In this document: piece after piece, positions 20,166 to 27,833 of the stretch | Numbering within the stretch: the first letter of the stretch is position 1 | How the letters are laid out: each line of letters opens with the position of its first letter | Origin: Dehalococcoidia bacterium | GTDB taxonomy: Bacteria; Chloroflexota; Dehalococcoidia; Lucifugimonadales; JAGWBF01 | Assembly: GCA_965247055.1 (NCBI GenBank) | Contig: CBDFGE010000003.1 | Span: 72,868-136,867 of the forward strand | Direction: 5' to 3' | DNA length: 64,000 nucleotides | Program-made: the position numbers and the translations under genes | Notes under the pieces: generated by a model | Database searches by the model: none | What the model was told of the DNA's origin: nothing | Seen by the model: only the letters and a program-made list of their open reading frames with translations

Positions 20166-20552
20166 CCTATGGCCCGCCTCCCATTCGACTGCTAACCATC
20201 TTAGGGTCCGCCCCCACCTTTCGCAAGGGCCCGGGAGTGCTGTGGATACTCACCGGCCATCGCCGCACGGGCGGCGTAGTAGCCGACTCGTCCGGTCCCG
20301 GTGGGAGCGAGTCCAAAATCTCGTGGAAACTGGTCAGCGCAGCACTTGAAATAGTCTCGAAGCCGTTGCTACGCTGAGGCCTGTTCCCTATCGCGGAGGG
20401 CGCCCGTTCCGGGACCCACCCGCCCTGGACCCCTGGAACCCGTTCCCTGGAGTTCGCCGGCCCGGGACCGGCCAATCGACAATCGGGAACACTTCCATTG
20501 GGCCAAGCCGCAGCGCCGGCAGGCCCGCCGATCCGGATCTCAGCACACTCAT

Positions 20553-21335
20553 ATGGCTTCATTGTACGGATTTGACGGTTTAAGCAGACCCATGAGCGGC
20601 TCGGTCTTGTACCGGGAGGTGGTCAAGATTGGCGGTCGGGGCCGGGACGTGGACATCGCCATCGACGATGAGGCCGCTTTCCCGCTGGTGGAGGAGGGGT
20701 TGAGGGGCTGGCTGAACGAAAGGGGCGGCTGGTTCACTGGAGGGGCAGTGACCGTCAACGCCGGGCGCCGCATGCTATGTCCCGAGGAGCTCGGCCGGCT
20801 GAGGAGAATTCTGGAGGAGGAGTACGGGGTCAAAGTCGCCCGGTTCTGGTGTGACGCCGAGGGGCTGACACAGGCGATAGTGGAGGGCGCGGGCGCCCCC
20901 GTAACCCTGGGGGCCGGGCAGCCGACCCCTCCCCCGGTGAGGGAACCCACTCCGCTTCCAGAGGCTCCCCTAGTGATCAAGGGGACCTGCCGTTCCGGGA
21001 CCAGCGTCCACCATCGGGGAGACATAATAGTCCTGGGTGACGTGAACCCCGGGGCCCAGCTCACCGCCACCGGAGATATAGTGGTGCTAGGAAGCCTCCT
21101 AGGGGTCGCCCACGCCGGGGCCGACGGCCCCGACCAGGCCAGGGCGGTTATCGTCGCCCACACCCTGAGGCCACTCCAGCTTCGCATCGGCCTTCATATC
21201 ACCCTGGCCCCACGGGAGAAAAAGCGCCGGTCCACGCCAGCTCGGCCGGAGATCGCGTATGTCAGCGGGCGTTCAATCGTTGTGGTGCCCTTTACGGGAA
21301 AATTCCAAAGGACGGAGGGGAGGGATTTCGGATGA
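20553..21335 (+). CDS. minC: Septum site-determining protein MinC
   Basis: The C-terminal beta-helix repeat ...SVHHRGDIIVLGDVNPGAQLTATGDIVVLGSLLGVAHAG... supports the call. The gene overlaps the minD start by 4 nt. Confidence 0.85.
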   Translation: MASLYGFDGLSRPMSGSVLYREVVKIGGRGRDVDIAIDDEAAFPLVEEGLRGWLNERGGWFTGGAVTVNAGRRMLCPEELGRLRRILEEEYGVKVARFWCDAEGLTQAIVEGAGAPVTLGAGQPTPPPVREPTPLPEAPLVIKGTCRSGTSVHHRGDIIVLGDVNPGAQLTATGDIVVLGSLLGVAHAGADGPDQARAVIVAHTLRPLQLRIGLHITLAPREKKRRSTPARPEIAYVSGRSIVVVPFTGKFQRTEGRDFG

Positions 21336-22150
21336 GAGGGAAAACGTACGTTATCACCTCGGGCAAAGGGGGCGTGGGCAAGACCACGACCACCGCCAAC
21401 CTGGGGGCCGGCCTGGCCCTGAGGGGCAAGCGGGTAGTAGTCATAGACACGGACATCGGCCTCCGCAACCTGGACGTGGTCATGGGCCTGGAGAACCGCA
21501 TCGTCTACGACCTGGTGGATGTGGTTGAGGGAAGGTGTAAACTCCAGCAGGCGCTGATCAGGGACAAGCACGTCAGCGATCTGAACCTTATCCCAGCGGC
21601 TCAGACCCGCGATAAGTCGGCTGTCCAGCCCCACCAGATGAAAGAGCTCTGCGAGCAGCTAAGGCAGGATTTCGAGTACATCCTCATAGACTGCCCGGCC
21701 GGGATAGAGCAGGGCTTCCAGAACGCCATAGCCGCCGCCGACCACGCTATCGTGGTTACCACACCGGAAGTATCGGCCATCCGCGACGCGGACCGGGTGA
21801 TCGGCCTTCTGGAAGCTGCCGAAATCCCGATCCCCGACCTCATCATCAACAGGCTAAGGCCCGGCATGGTGAGGCAGGGCGATATGATGAACCAGAAGGA
21901 CATCCTCGACCTCCTTTCCGTGCGCATGCTGGGCCTTGTACCCGACGACGAGCGGATTATCGTCGCCACCAACAAGGGAGTGCCAGCCGTGCATGACTCC
22001 AAGTCCTGGTCTGGAGAGGCCTTTCGCCGTATCGCTGCCCGTCTGGACGGCGAGGAGAGTCCCTTCCTGAATCTGGAGGACGGTCGCGGGGTCGTAGCAC
22101 GCCTTAAAAGACTTGTTGGGCGGCAAGGGAAGGACTACTCCGATGATTGA
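21332..22150 (+). CDS. minD: Septum site-determining ATPase MinD
   Basis: Deviant Walker A SGKGGVGKTTTTANLG, then ...VVIDTDIGLRNLDVVMGLENRIVYDLVDV... Confidence 0.95.
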   Translation: MRGKTYVITSGKGGVGKTTTTANLGAGLALRGKRVVVIDTDIGLRNLDVVMGLENRIVYDLVDVVEGRCKLQQALIRDKHVSDLNLIPAAQTRDKSAVQPHQMKELCEQLRQDFEYILIDCPAGIEQGFQNAIAAADHAIVVTTPEVSAIRDADRVIGLLEAAEIPIPDLIINRLRPGMVRQGDMMNQKDILDLLSVRMLGLVPDDERIIVATNKGVPAVHDSKSWSGEAFRRIAARLDGEESPFLNLEDGRGVVARLKRLVGRQGKDYSDD

Positions 22151-22418
22151 GCTCCTGAGGCGTGCCCTCCAGAGACACGAGCGGAGTAAGGACGCCGCCA
22201 GACAGCGACTGCAGCTGATCCTGGTCCTGGACAGGATCGGCATATCCACCGAGTCCCTGGACGGCATGAAACGGGACTTGCTGGAGGTAGTATCCAGGTA
22301 CCTGGTGGTGGAAGAGGAGTCCATCGAGCTTGATATGCAGCGCTCGGGTAGCTCCCTGGTCCTCGTGTCCAACATTCAGGTCAAGGATATCGTCCGGGCG
22401 GCCCGAGTAGCCCCGTAG
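22143..22418 (+). CDS. minE: Cell division topological specificity factor MinE
   Basis: MIELLRRAL...ARQRLQLILVLDR...MKRDLLEVVSRYLVVEEESIELD... The ATG overlaps the minD stop (ATGATTGA). The longer track ORF start at 22113 is less likely. Confidence 0.85.
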   Translation: MIELLRRALQRHERSKDAARQRLQLILVLDRIGISTESLDGMKRDLLEVVSRYLVVEEESIELDMQRSGSSLVLVSNIQVKDIVRAARVAP

Positions 22419-22433
22419 GGACGCCCACCGGGC

Positions 22434-22475
22434 GGACTCCTCCCCTCTCCCAGCGGAGAGGGGAGGAGTCCTTTC
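22434..22475 (+). terminator. Intrinsic terminator after minE
   Basis: Perfect 17-bp stem GGACTCCTCCCCTCTCC / GGAGAGGGGAGGAGTCC with loop CAGC, followed by TTTC. Confidence 0.7.
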
Positions 22476-22635
22476 AAGCCACGGCGCGACGAGGGGCAGA
22501 GTCGTTGGGCGCTAGCCTCACTCGCTCGCCCTCCGCCAGGGCGTTTCCATCGCCTCCAGGGCGCTCCCTGGCGGCGATGCGACTGGCCGACAGCTCAGAA
22601 ATCTCCGTTTACCGTCCCGCCTGTAGCTTAATCGC

Positions 22636-22665
22636 TTGACAATACCCCGCCGCCTATGTCACTAT
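22636..22665 (+). promoter_or_regulatory. Candidate sigma70-type promoter upstream of ORF 22685
   Basis: TTGACA at 22636-22641, an 18-nt spacer, then CACTAT at 22660-22665. The -10 element is weak. Confidence 0.3.
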
Positions 22666-22684
22666 TTCATTAAGATACCGACCA

Positions 22685-23572
22685 GTGCTAAATAGGCAGA
22701 GCGGGCATATGCAGCGGCGACAGGACGAGACGCCGCAGGACCCGAGGCCAGGAGATAGGGAGCTAACCGTAGATATCCGTGGTCTGGAGAATCTGGGTGT
22801 TGATCCCCAAGTAATCCAGAGGGACATCGCCCAGGTCGTCTCCAAGTACACACAGGTCAGCCAGGCTTCCGTCGAAGAGCGCGACGGGATCGATAGCTCC
22901 GAGGACGAAGAGCGGGACCGGGGTTCCTTCCTGACCATCTTCACTCCGTGGAGATGGTTCCGGCCACGTCGAGCCCGGAGGCGGCGAGGGTGGCCGTCAC
23001 AGCCAGCCCCACATCTACCCCAGGACCTCCCCATAGAAATAGCCGCACCACCTCAACCTGTACTCCAGCAGCCCAAGGACGGGGCTGCACAGCGAGGTGG
23101 GCCCCGTCGGGAAGCCGTCGACAGAACCACGGAGGCAGCCCACTCGCCGTTTGAGGGAGCCCAAGCCGGGCCTATAGGATCGACCCACCTGCCCCAGGTG
23201 TCCTCTCAACAGACCGGCGGCGGGTCGCCGGGAGTGGGCCAGTCCCATGGCGAGTCCTACCAAGAGCCTATGCGCTCCAGCCGGGAGAGGGAGGATAGCC
23301 CTGTGAATCAGGCTCCACCCCGGGCCGGCTCAGGTAACCCGAGCGGTCCGCCCGCCCCTCCGTCAGGCTCAGACCCGGAGCCGGAGGACGAGGATATCCC
23401 CTCCAACTTTATCATAGACCCGGCGACTTTCGAGATGGCGGAGATGAGCGACAAGGCCAGGGATGAGCTGGAGGCGATCCAGCGAGTCAGAGCAAGGGCG
23501 GCGCACGTGAGGATGCGGGCCCAGGAAGCCATGGCGAGGCCCGTTACACCTTCTCAAAAGCCCTGGCCCTGA
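22685..23572 (+). CDS. Hypothetical protein: MinE-like N-terminal segment plus long disordered Pro/Arg/Glu-rich region
   Basis: 295-aa ORF. Residues ~25-70 (RELTVDIRGLENLGVDPQVIQRDIAQVVSKYTQVSQASVEERDG) align by eye with this window's MinE (...RDLLEVVSRYLVVEEESIE...). The rest is low complexity. Confidence 0.5.
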   Translation: MLNRQSGHMQRRQDETPQDPRPGDRELTVDIRGLENLGVDPQVIQRDIAQVVSKYTQVSQASVEERDGIDSSEDEERDRGSFLTIFTPWRWFRPRRARRRRGWPSQPAPHLPQDLPIEIAAPPQPVLQQPKDGAAQRGGPRREAVDRTTEAAHSPFEGAQAGPIGSTHLPQVSSQQTGGGSPGVGQSHGESYQEPMRSSREREDSPVNQAPPRAGSGNPSGPPAPPSGSDPEPEDEDIPSNFIIDPATFEMAEMSDKARDELEAIQRVRARAAHVRMRAQEAMARPVTPSQKPWP

Positions 23573-23601
23573 ATCCCGACGCCCTGAAGGACCTGGCCGC
23601 C

Positions 23602-25242
23602 ATGATTCGCAGGCTGGAAGAGGCCATCAGGACGGAGGGGGAACTCCGGCAGCTGACCCGCCAGCAAGCGGAGGAGGAGGCCGACTGGGCAAGGCAGCGA
23701 GCGACCGAGGCCATCCTTGGCGCGGTAACGGCGGTGCGCAAGGCAAGCAGCCACGTGAGCCGGGAGCTGGAGGAATCCAGGAGTGTCTCTAAGACCGCTG
23801 AATCCCTCAAGGGTTCGGCCCAGGACCACCTGAGCCGCGCCCAGTCCATGAAGGCCGGAGCGGAATCTCTGGTGCGGCAGGAGGCACGCAAACTCCTGGA
23901 GCGGCCTCTCACCGAAGGGTCGGTGCCCCCCTTGCGTGCAACCCGACCGGCCCGACCCATCTCCGAAACGTTGCCACCAGCCCCCGCGAGCAGGACACCC
24001 GCTCCACCTCCCACCGTATCCCCCGGCGTCGATACCTCACAGGCACCACCACTAAGTCCGGTAGCGGAGCCGGCTCCCGCTCAACCCGCTGCCGTGTCCC
24101 CATCCCCCGCCGCTGACACGGGCCAGGCTCTACCACTGCCTCCCGCAAGGGAACCGGCCGCCACTCCACCCCCCACCATGTCCCAGGGCGTCGATGCCGG
24201 GCAGACCCCTACCACTCCTCTACCGAGGGAGCCGGGCCGGGGAGATGACCAGCCGGTGGGACCAGTGTCGGATAGGCTTAACAGTGAGGAACAGACACCA
24301 GCGCGGCGGGATAAGGCAGACATAGAGTCCCCCGTTGACCTGGCAGCGGCCCTCAACGAGTTCCTGAACTCGTTGGAGAGGTCCGAGCCGGCCCCCCTCG
24401 TAGAACAGGCTCCCACGGAACAGGCTCCAACCGTTGCAGCGCCTCGCGAAGGTCTGTTCCTGGACAACCTGGACTTTTCGAGCGCAGAACTCGAGGTCAC
24501 TCAGGAGCAGATGCCCAGGGACGAGGAGGTGAGGCCCGGTCGCGATGTGGAAGCTCCCGCGCCACCGCCCAGCCCGCGGCGACAGGATACCGAGACGGCC
24601 GAGGAAGAGTTCAACGACGATCTGCTGTCGCAGCTCAGAGATTCCCTGGCCAGCATACGGACACCGGGGCAGCCCTTGAACCTTTCGCCCACGGATATCA
24701 TGGAGGAACTCCCAGTCTCCAGTCCGCCTGCTCGCGCACAGGGTACCGCTGGCGCCGCAGCGCAATTCGAGGCTCCCCCTGCAGTAGACCAGCTTCGGAC
24801 CTCGCCACCTACGCGGCAGAGTCCAGAAGACCTGGGGCATGGCTTGACCGGGGGGCGGCAGGCGTCCACTCCACCCGTGTCCCCTCCGATGCCTTCCATC
24901 GACCAGCCACCGCCCTTGCCCGAGCCGGCACCGCGGGTCCCCGAGTCCGCCCAGTCGGCACCCCTCGCGCCAAGCTACAAGGGCACCCTCCACATCGTGT
25001 TCGCACCTGCGGCCGACGCGGCTACCCTATCCTTCTTCTGGGACATTGTGGACACCGTAGCTGGGGTCGGCAAGGTGGTAGCGCAGACATCCCTTCCTGA
25101 CGGCTCGGGGCATGAGTTCACACTGGACCTGGGCAACGACCCCCTGGACCTAGAGCAGCTGAGAACGCGTATTCCCGGGGCAGACATCATGGCCCTGGGC
25201 CCGGACCGGCTGCGCATACACCTTGCGCCGATGGCCGACTAG
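23602..25242 (+). CDS. Hypothetical protein: N-terminal coiled coil, long Pro-rich middle, small globular C-terminal domain
   Basis: 546-aa ORF. The N-terminus is MIRRLEEAIRTEGELRQLTRQQAEEEADW... and the C-terminus is ...YKGTLHIVFAPAADAATLSFFWDIVDTVAGVGKVV... No family was recognised. Confidence 0.55.
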   Translation: MIRRLEEAIRTEGELRQLTRQQAEEEADWARQRATEAILGAVTAVRKASSHVSRELEESRSVSKTAESLKGSAQDHLSRAQSMKAGAESLVRQEARKLLERPLTEGSVPPLRATRPARPISETLPPAPASRTPAPPPTVSPGVDTSQAPPLSPVAEPAPAQPAAVSPSPAADTGQALPLPPAREPAATPPPTMSQGVDAGQTPTTPLPREPGRGDDQPVGPVSDRLNSEEQTPARRDKADIESPVDLAAALNEFLNSLERSEPAPLVEQAPTEQAPTVAAPREGLFLDNLDFSSAELEVTQEQMPRDEEVRPGRDVEAPAPPPSPRRQDTETAEEEFNDDLLSQLRDSLASIRTPGQPLNLSPTDIMEELPVSSPPARAQGTAGAAAQFEAPPAVDQLRTSPPTRQSPEDLGHGLTGGRQASTPPVSPPMPSIDQPPPLPEPAPRVPESAQSAPLAPSYKGTLHIVFAPAADAATLSFFWDIVDTVAGVGKVVAQTSLPDGSGHEFTLDLGNDPLDLEQLRTRIPGADIMALGPDRLRIHLAPMAD

Positions 25243-25280
25243 CGCCCAGCTCCACCGCCGGGTGCCCTGGGGCCGGCGGT

Positions 25281-25952
25281 CTACTGGCTGTAGCTGTCTT
25301 GGATGTAACCCAGCACCGCCGCCACCCTGGGATGAACGCGGTCGGTCTGGGCGACGTTTAGCTCCTGATAGATGGCGTTGATATAGTTTTCAACCGACTT
25401 GTGCCCGAGCACCAGTTTCTCCGCTATCCCGGCGTTGTTATACCCCTGGGCCATCAGTGCCAGTACCTCAAGCTGTCGAGGGGTCAGCCGTGAAGCGAAG
25501 GAGCCCTGGCGGGGCCTGAGACCGGTCACCACCGCCGGGTCCATGACCACGAACCCGGCGGCGGAGCCTTCGATAGCTCTGCCCAGCGCCGCAGCATCGC
25601 CAACCGACTGCTTCAGCAGATAGGACCACCCGGAGGCCTCCTCCGCCGACAGACTGCTGATATACTCCTTGTCTTTGTGCAGCGAGAGGATGACTATTCA
25701 GATCTGAGGAAATTCGTTTCGTATCATGCGACCCGCTTCTATGCCGTTGGGCTCGCTGCCCAACTCAATGTCCATGAGCACCACGTTGGGCTGTATCTCC
25801 TTGACCATGTGAATCGCTTCGTTGCCGCTGCCTACGGCACCCACAACCCTGAGATTAGGGAATGAAGAGAGGGCTATCTTCAGCATGTCGCGAAAAAGGC
25901 CTTCGTCCTCGACGATTATGACGTCAATCATATCTTCGTTCCACTGTGTCAT
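25281..25952 (-). pseudogene. NarL/FixJ-type response regulator (REC + LuxR HTH) interrupted by an in-frame TGA at 25698-25700
   Basis: The interval is 672 nt, or 224 codons, in one frame. It reads MTQWNEDMIDVIIVEDEGLFRDML...VVLMDIELG...NEFPQI*IVILSLHKDKEYISSL...LTPRQLEVLALMAQGYNNAGIAEKLVLGHKSVENYINAIYQEL... The ORF track shows it as two ORFs (25698..25952 and 25281..25550). Confidence 0.85.
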
Positions 25953-26401
25953 AGTTCAGGTCGTCCTCCACCCTCGCTGGTTCCATGGCCCGTTCACGGC
26001 CTACGGGACAATTCTATAAATCCCACAGCACAAAAGCAACTACCTCACCAACTCCAGATCGCGTCCCCGGATTAGATACGTCGGTCTGTCCGCCCGGCGT
26101 GCTCCCACCCTCCAGCTAGGTCCGGCAAGGGCCGATTCGTGGTGTTTCCCCCCTTGCCATATGGGTGCTTCCTCCCGGCATCACGGAGATATCCCCCCCA
26201 TCAGGGTGTTTTCACCGTCACCTGTGACAGGGAGACATCCACCTACTGGGGTGGTAGTCCTGTGTCTCGCCAGCCACCTCTAATCATAAACTTTTTAACA
26301 GGCAAACCTTGTGGCCCAGGTGTGGTGGAAATCCGGGGCATCGAAAAGGAGGGAGAGCGCACATGTAGTTCGGTTACACACCTCTGGGACGCCATCAAAG
26401 A

Positions 26402-26418
26402 CCCAGGTGTCACCTGGG
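26402..26418. promoter_or_regulatory. 17-bp perfect palindrome CCCAGGTG-T-CACCTGGG, 33 nt upstream of the first archaellin start
   Basis: Read directly. Related copies are CCCAGGTGT at 26315-26323 and GTCACCTGTGAC at 26217-26228. It could be an operator or a 5'-UTR hairpin. Confidence 0.4.
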
Positions 26419-26450
26419 CAGGCAAAGACCAAAGAGGAGGGAAGTTCCAA

Positions 26451-27050
26451 ATGGCCAATCTGACTACCAAATTTAGCAGCATGATACCCAAGAAATTGGG
26501 GGACCCACGGGGCATCACCGGCCTGGAGACGGCCATCGTCCTGATCGCCTTCGTGGTGGTCTCCTCTGTGTTCGCCTTCGCCGCACTGTCCACCGGCCTC
26601 TTCTCCAGCGACAAATCGAAGGAGGCCATCATCGCCGGCCTGGGCGAGGCCAGCGGCACCCTGGAGGTCCGCGGCTCCATAGTAGCCAAGACCAACAGCA
26701 CCGGCGACGTCATCGACGAGCTCGTGGTTCAGGTCGCTAACGCCGCAGGCGGCGCCGCTGTCAACCTGATCCCAGGCAAGACCATCATCACCTACACCGA
26801 CTCGAACCAGATGGTCACCCTGGTAAGCGGCGACTTCACCACCATAGGGCTGGGGGCCGCCGACTCCGACAAGCTGGTCGAGCCGGGTGAGATGTATGAG
26901 ATAAAGCTCACCGGCCTGCAGGCCAAGCTCAATCCGGACCTCAAGGCCGACCAGATTTTCACCATTGAGCTGAAGCCCCCGCTGGGAGCCGTTGTTCGCG
27001 TGCAGCGCACCACCCCGGTCACTCTGGACACCGTCATGGACCTTAACTAG
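26451..27050 (+). CDS. arlB: Archaellin (archaeal-type flagellin) with class III signal peptide, copy 1
   Basis: MANLTTKFSSMIPKKLGDPRG|ITGLETAIVLIAFVVVSSVFAFAALSTGLFSSDKSKE... This is a short basic leader ending in RG followed by the archaellin hydrophobic N-terminus. GGAGG lies ~10 nt upstream of the ATG at 26451. The upstream part of track ORF 26139.. is judged non-coding. Confidence 0.9.
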   Translation: MANLTTKFSSMIPKKLGDPRGITGLETAIVLIAFVVVSSVFAFAALSTGLFSSDKSKEAIIAGLGEASGTLEVRGSIVAKTNSTGDVIDELVVQVANAAGGAAVNLIPGKTIITYTDSNQMVTLVSGDFTTIGLGAADSDKLVEPGEMYEIKLTGLQAKLNPDLKADQIFTIELKPPLGAVVRVQRTTPVTLDTVMDLN

Positions 27051-27103
27051 CCATGACACAGAACCGTCCAACGACAAGAGCAAATCTATCCGGAGGGAAC
27101 AAC

Positions 27104-27679
27104 ATGAGAAACATGACAAAAGTGTGGAGTGACCGTAGGGGCATAACCGGACTGGAGACGGCCATCGTGCTGATCGCCTTCGTGGTGGTCTCCTCGGTGT
27201 TCGCCTTCGCCGCACTGTCCACCGGCCTCTTCTCCAGCGACAAGTCCAAGGAGACCATCAACGCCGGCCTCACCGAGGCCAGCGGCACCCTGGAGATTCG
27301 GGGCTCCATTATCGCCAAGGCCAACAGCACCGGTGACGCCATAGACGAGATCTGGTTTCAGGTCGCCAACGCCGCCGGCGGAGGGGCCGTGGACCTGACC
27401 CCGGGTGAGACCCTGATCACCTATGCGGATGCGGACCAGGCGATCACCCTGGTAAGCGGTGACTTCACCGTCACCGGCCTGGGCAGCGCCGACTCCGACA
27501 AGCTGGTCGAGCCCGGCGAGATGTATGAGGTAAAGATCGCCAACATGGTCTCCAAGCTGAACCCCGACCTGACCAGCGATATACCGTTCGTGGTCTCGAT
27601 CAAACCCCCCGTGGGAGCGGTGGTAACCATCGCTCGCAGGACCCCGGTCTCCATGAACAAGATCATGGACCTGAACTAA
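27104..27679 (+). CDS. arlB: Archaellin with class III signal peptide, copy 2 (tandem paralogue)
   Basis: MRNMTKVWSDRRG|ITGLETAIVLIAFVVVSSVFAFAALSTGLFSSDKSKE... The first ~37 mature residues are identical to copy 1 and the rest is roughly two-thirds identical by eye. GGAGGG lies upstream of the ATG at 27104. Confidence 0.9.
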   Translation: MRNMTKVWSDRRGITGLETAIVLIAFVVVSSVFAFAALSTGLFSSDKSKETINAGLTEASGTLEIRGSIIAKANSTGDAIDEIWFQVANAAGGGAVDLTPGETLITYADADQAITLVSGDFTVTGLGSADSDKLVEPGEMYEVKIANMVSKLNPDLTSDIPFVVSIKPPVGAVVTIARRTPVSMNKIMDLN

Positions 27680-27746
27680 GGATCGGGCAAGGACTGGCCC
27701 GTCAGTGAACTAGAACAATCCACGGAGATGAATCAAGCTCTCCCTT

Positions 27747-27802
27747 CAGCCGGCCCTGGTGCGGGACCCTGAGTCCCGGGGGACTAGCCCCAGGGCCGGC
27801 TG
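27747..27802 (+). promoter_or_regulatory. Intercistronic stem-loop between the archaellin genes and the accessory genes
   Basis: Perfect 13-bp arms CAGCCGGCCCTGG (27747-27759) and CCAGGGCCGGCTG (27790-27802) enclose an inner hairpin GGGAC-CCTGA-GTCCC (27763-27777). There is no U-tract after it. Confidence 0.5.
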
Positions 27803-27833
27803 ATAGATAGTAAACGCACAGGGAGGTACGGCA

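Noticed and set aside
25698-25700. In-frame TGA in the response regulator as selenocysteine or a reassigned (Gly/Trp) codon.
   Set aside because: Many ORFs in the window terminate with TGA at sensible positions, such as minD, the hydantoinase genes and arlJ. No SECIS-like hairpin is apparent just downstream. The position is a structural beta-strand, not a redox site.
26296-26350. Possible c-di-GMP (GEMM-I) riboswitch in the archaellin leader, suggested by ACAGGCAAACC ... GGTGGAAATCCGGGGC.
   Set aside because: Only the short GGCAAACC-like and ..AAA.CC stretches resemble the consensus. I could not draw the two required hairpins, because the flanking TGTGG motifs are direct rather than complementary. 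A covariance-model scan (Rfam RF01051) would settle it.
26139-26450. The 104-codon N-terminal extension of the first archaellin ORF given in the ORF track (start at 26139).
   Set aside because: The extension has no archaellin-like or signal-peptide character. It would bury the class III signal peptide far from the N-terminus. A good GGAGG lies ~10 nt before the ATG at 26451, and paralogue 2 has an equivalent short leader.
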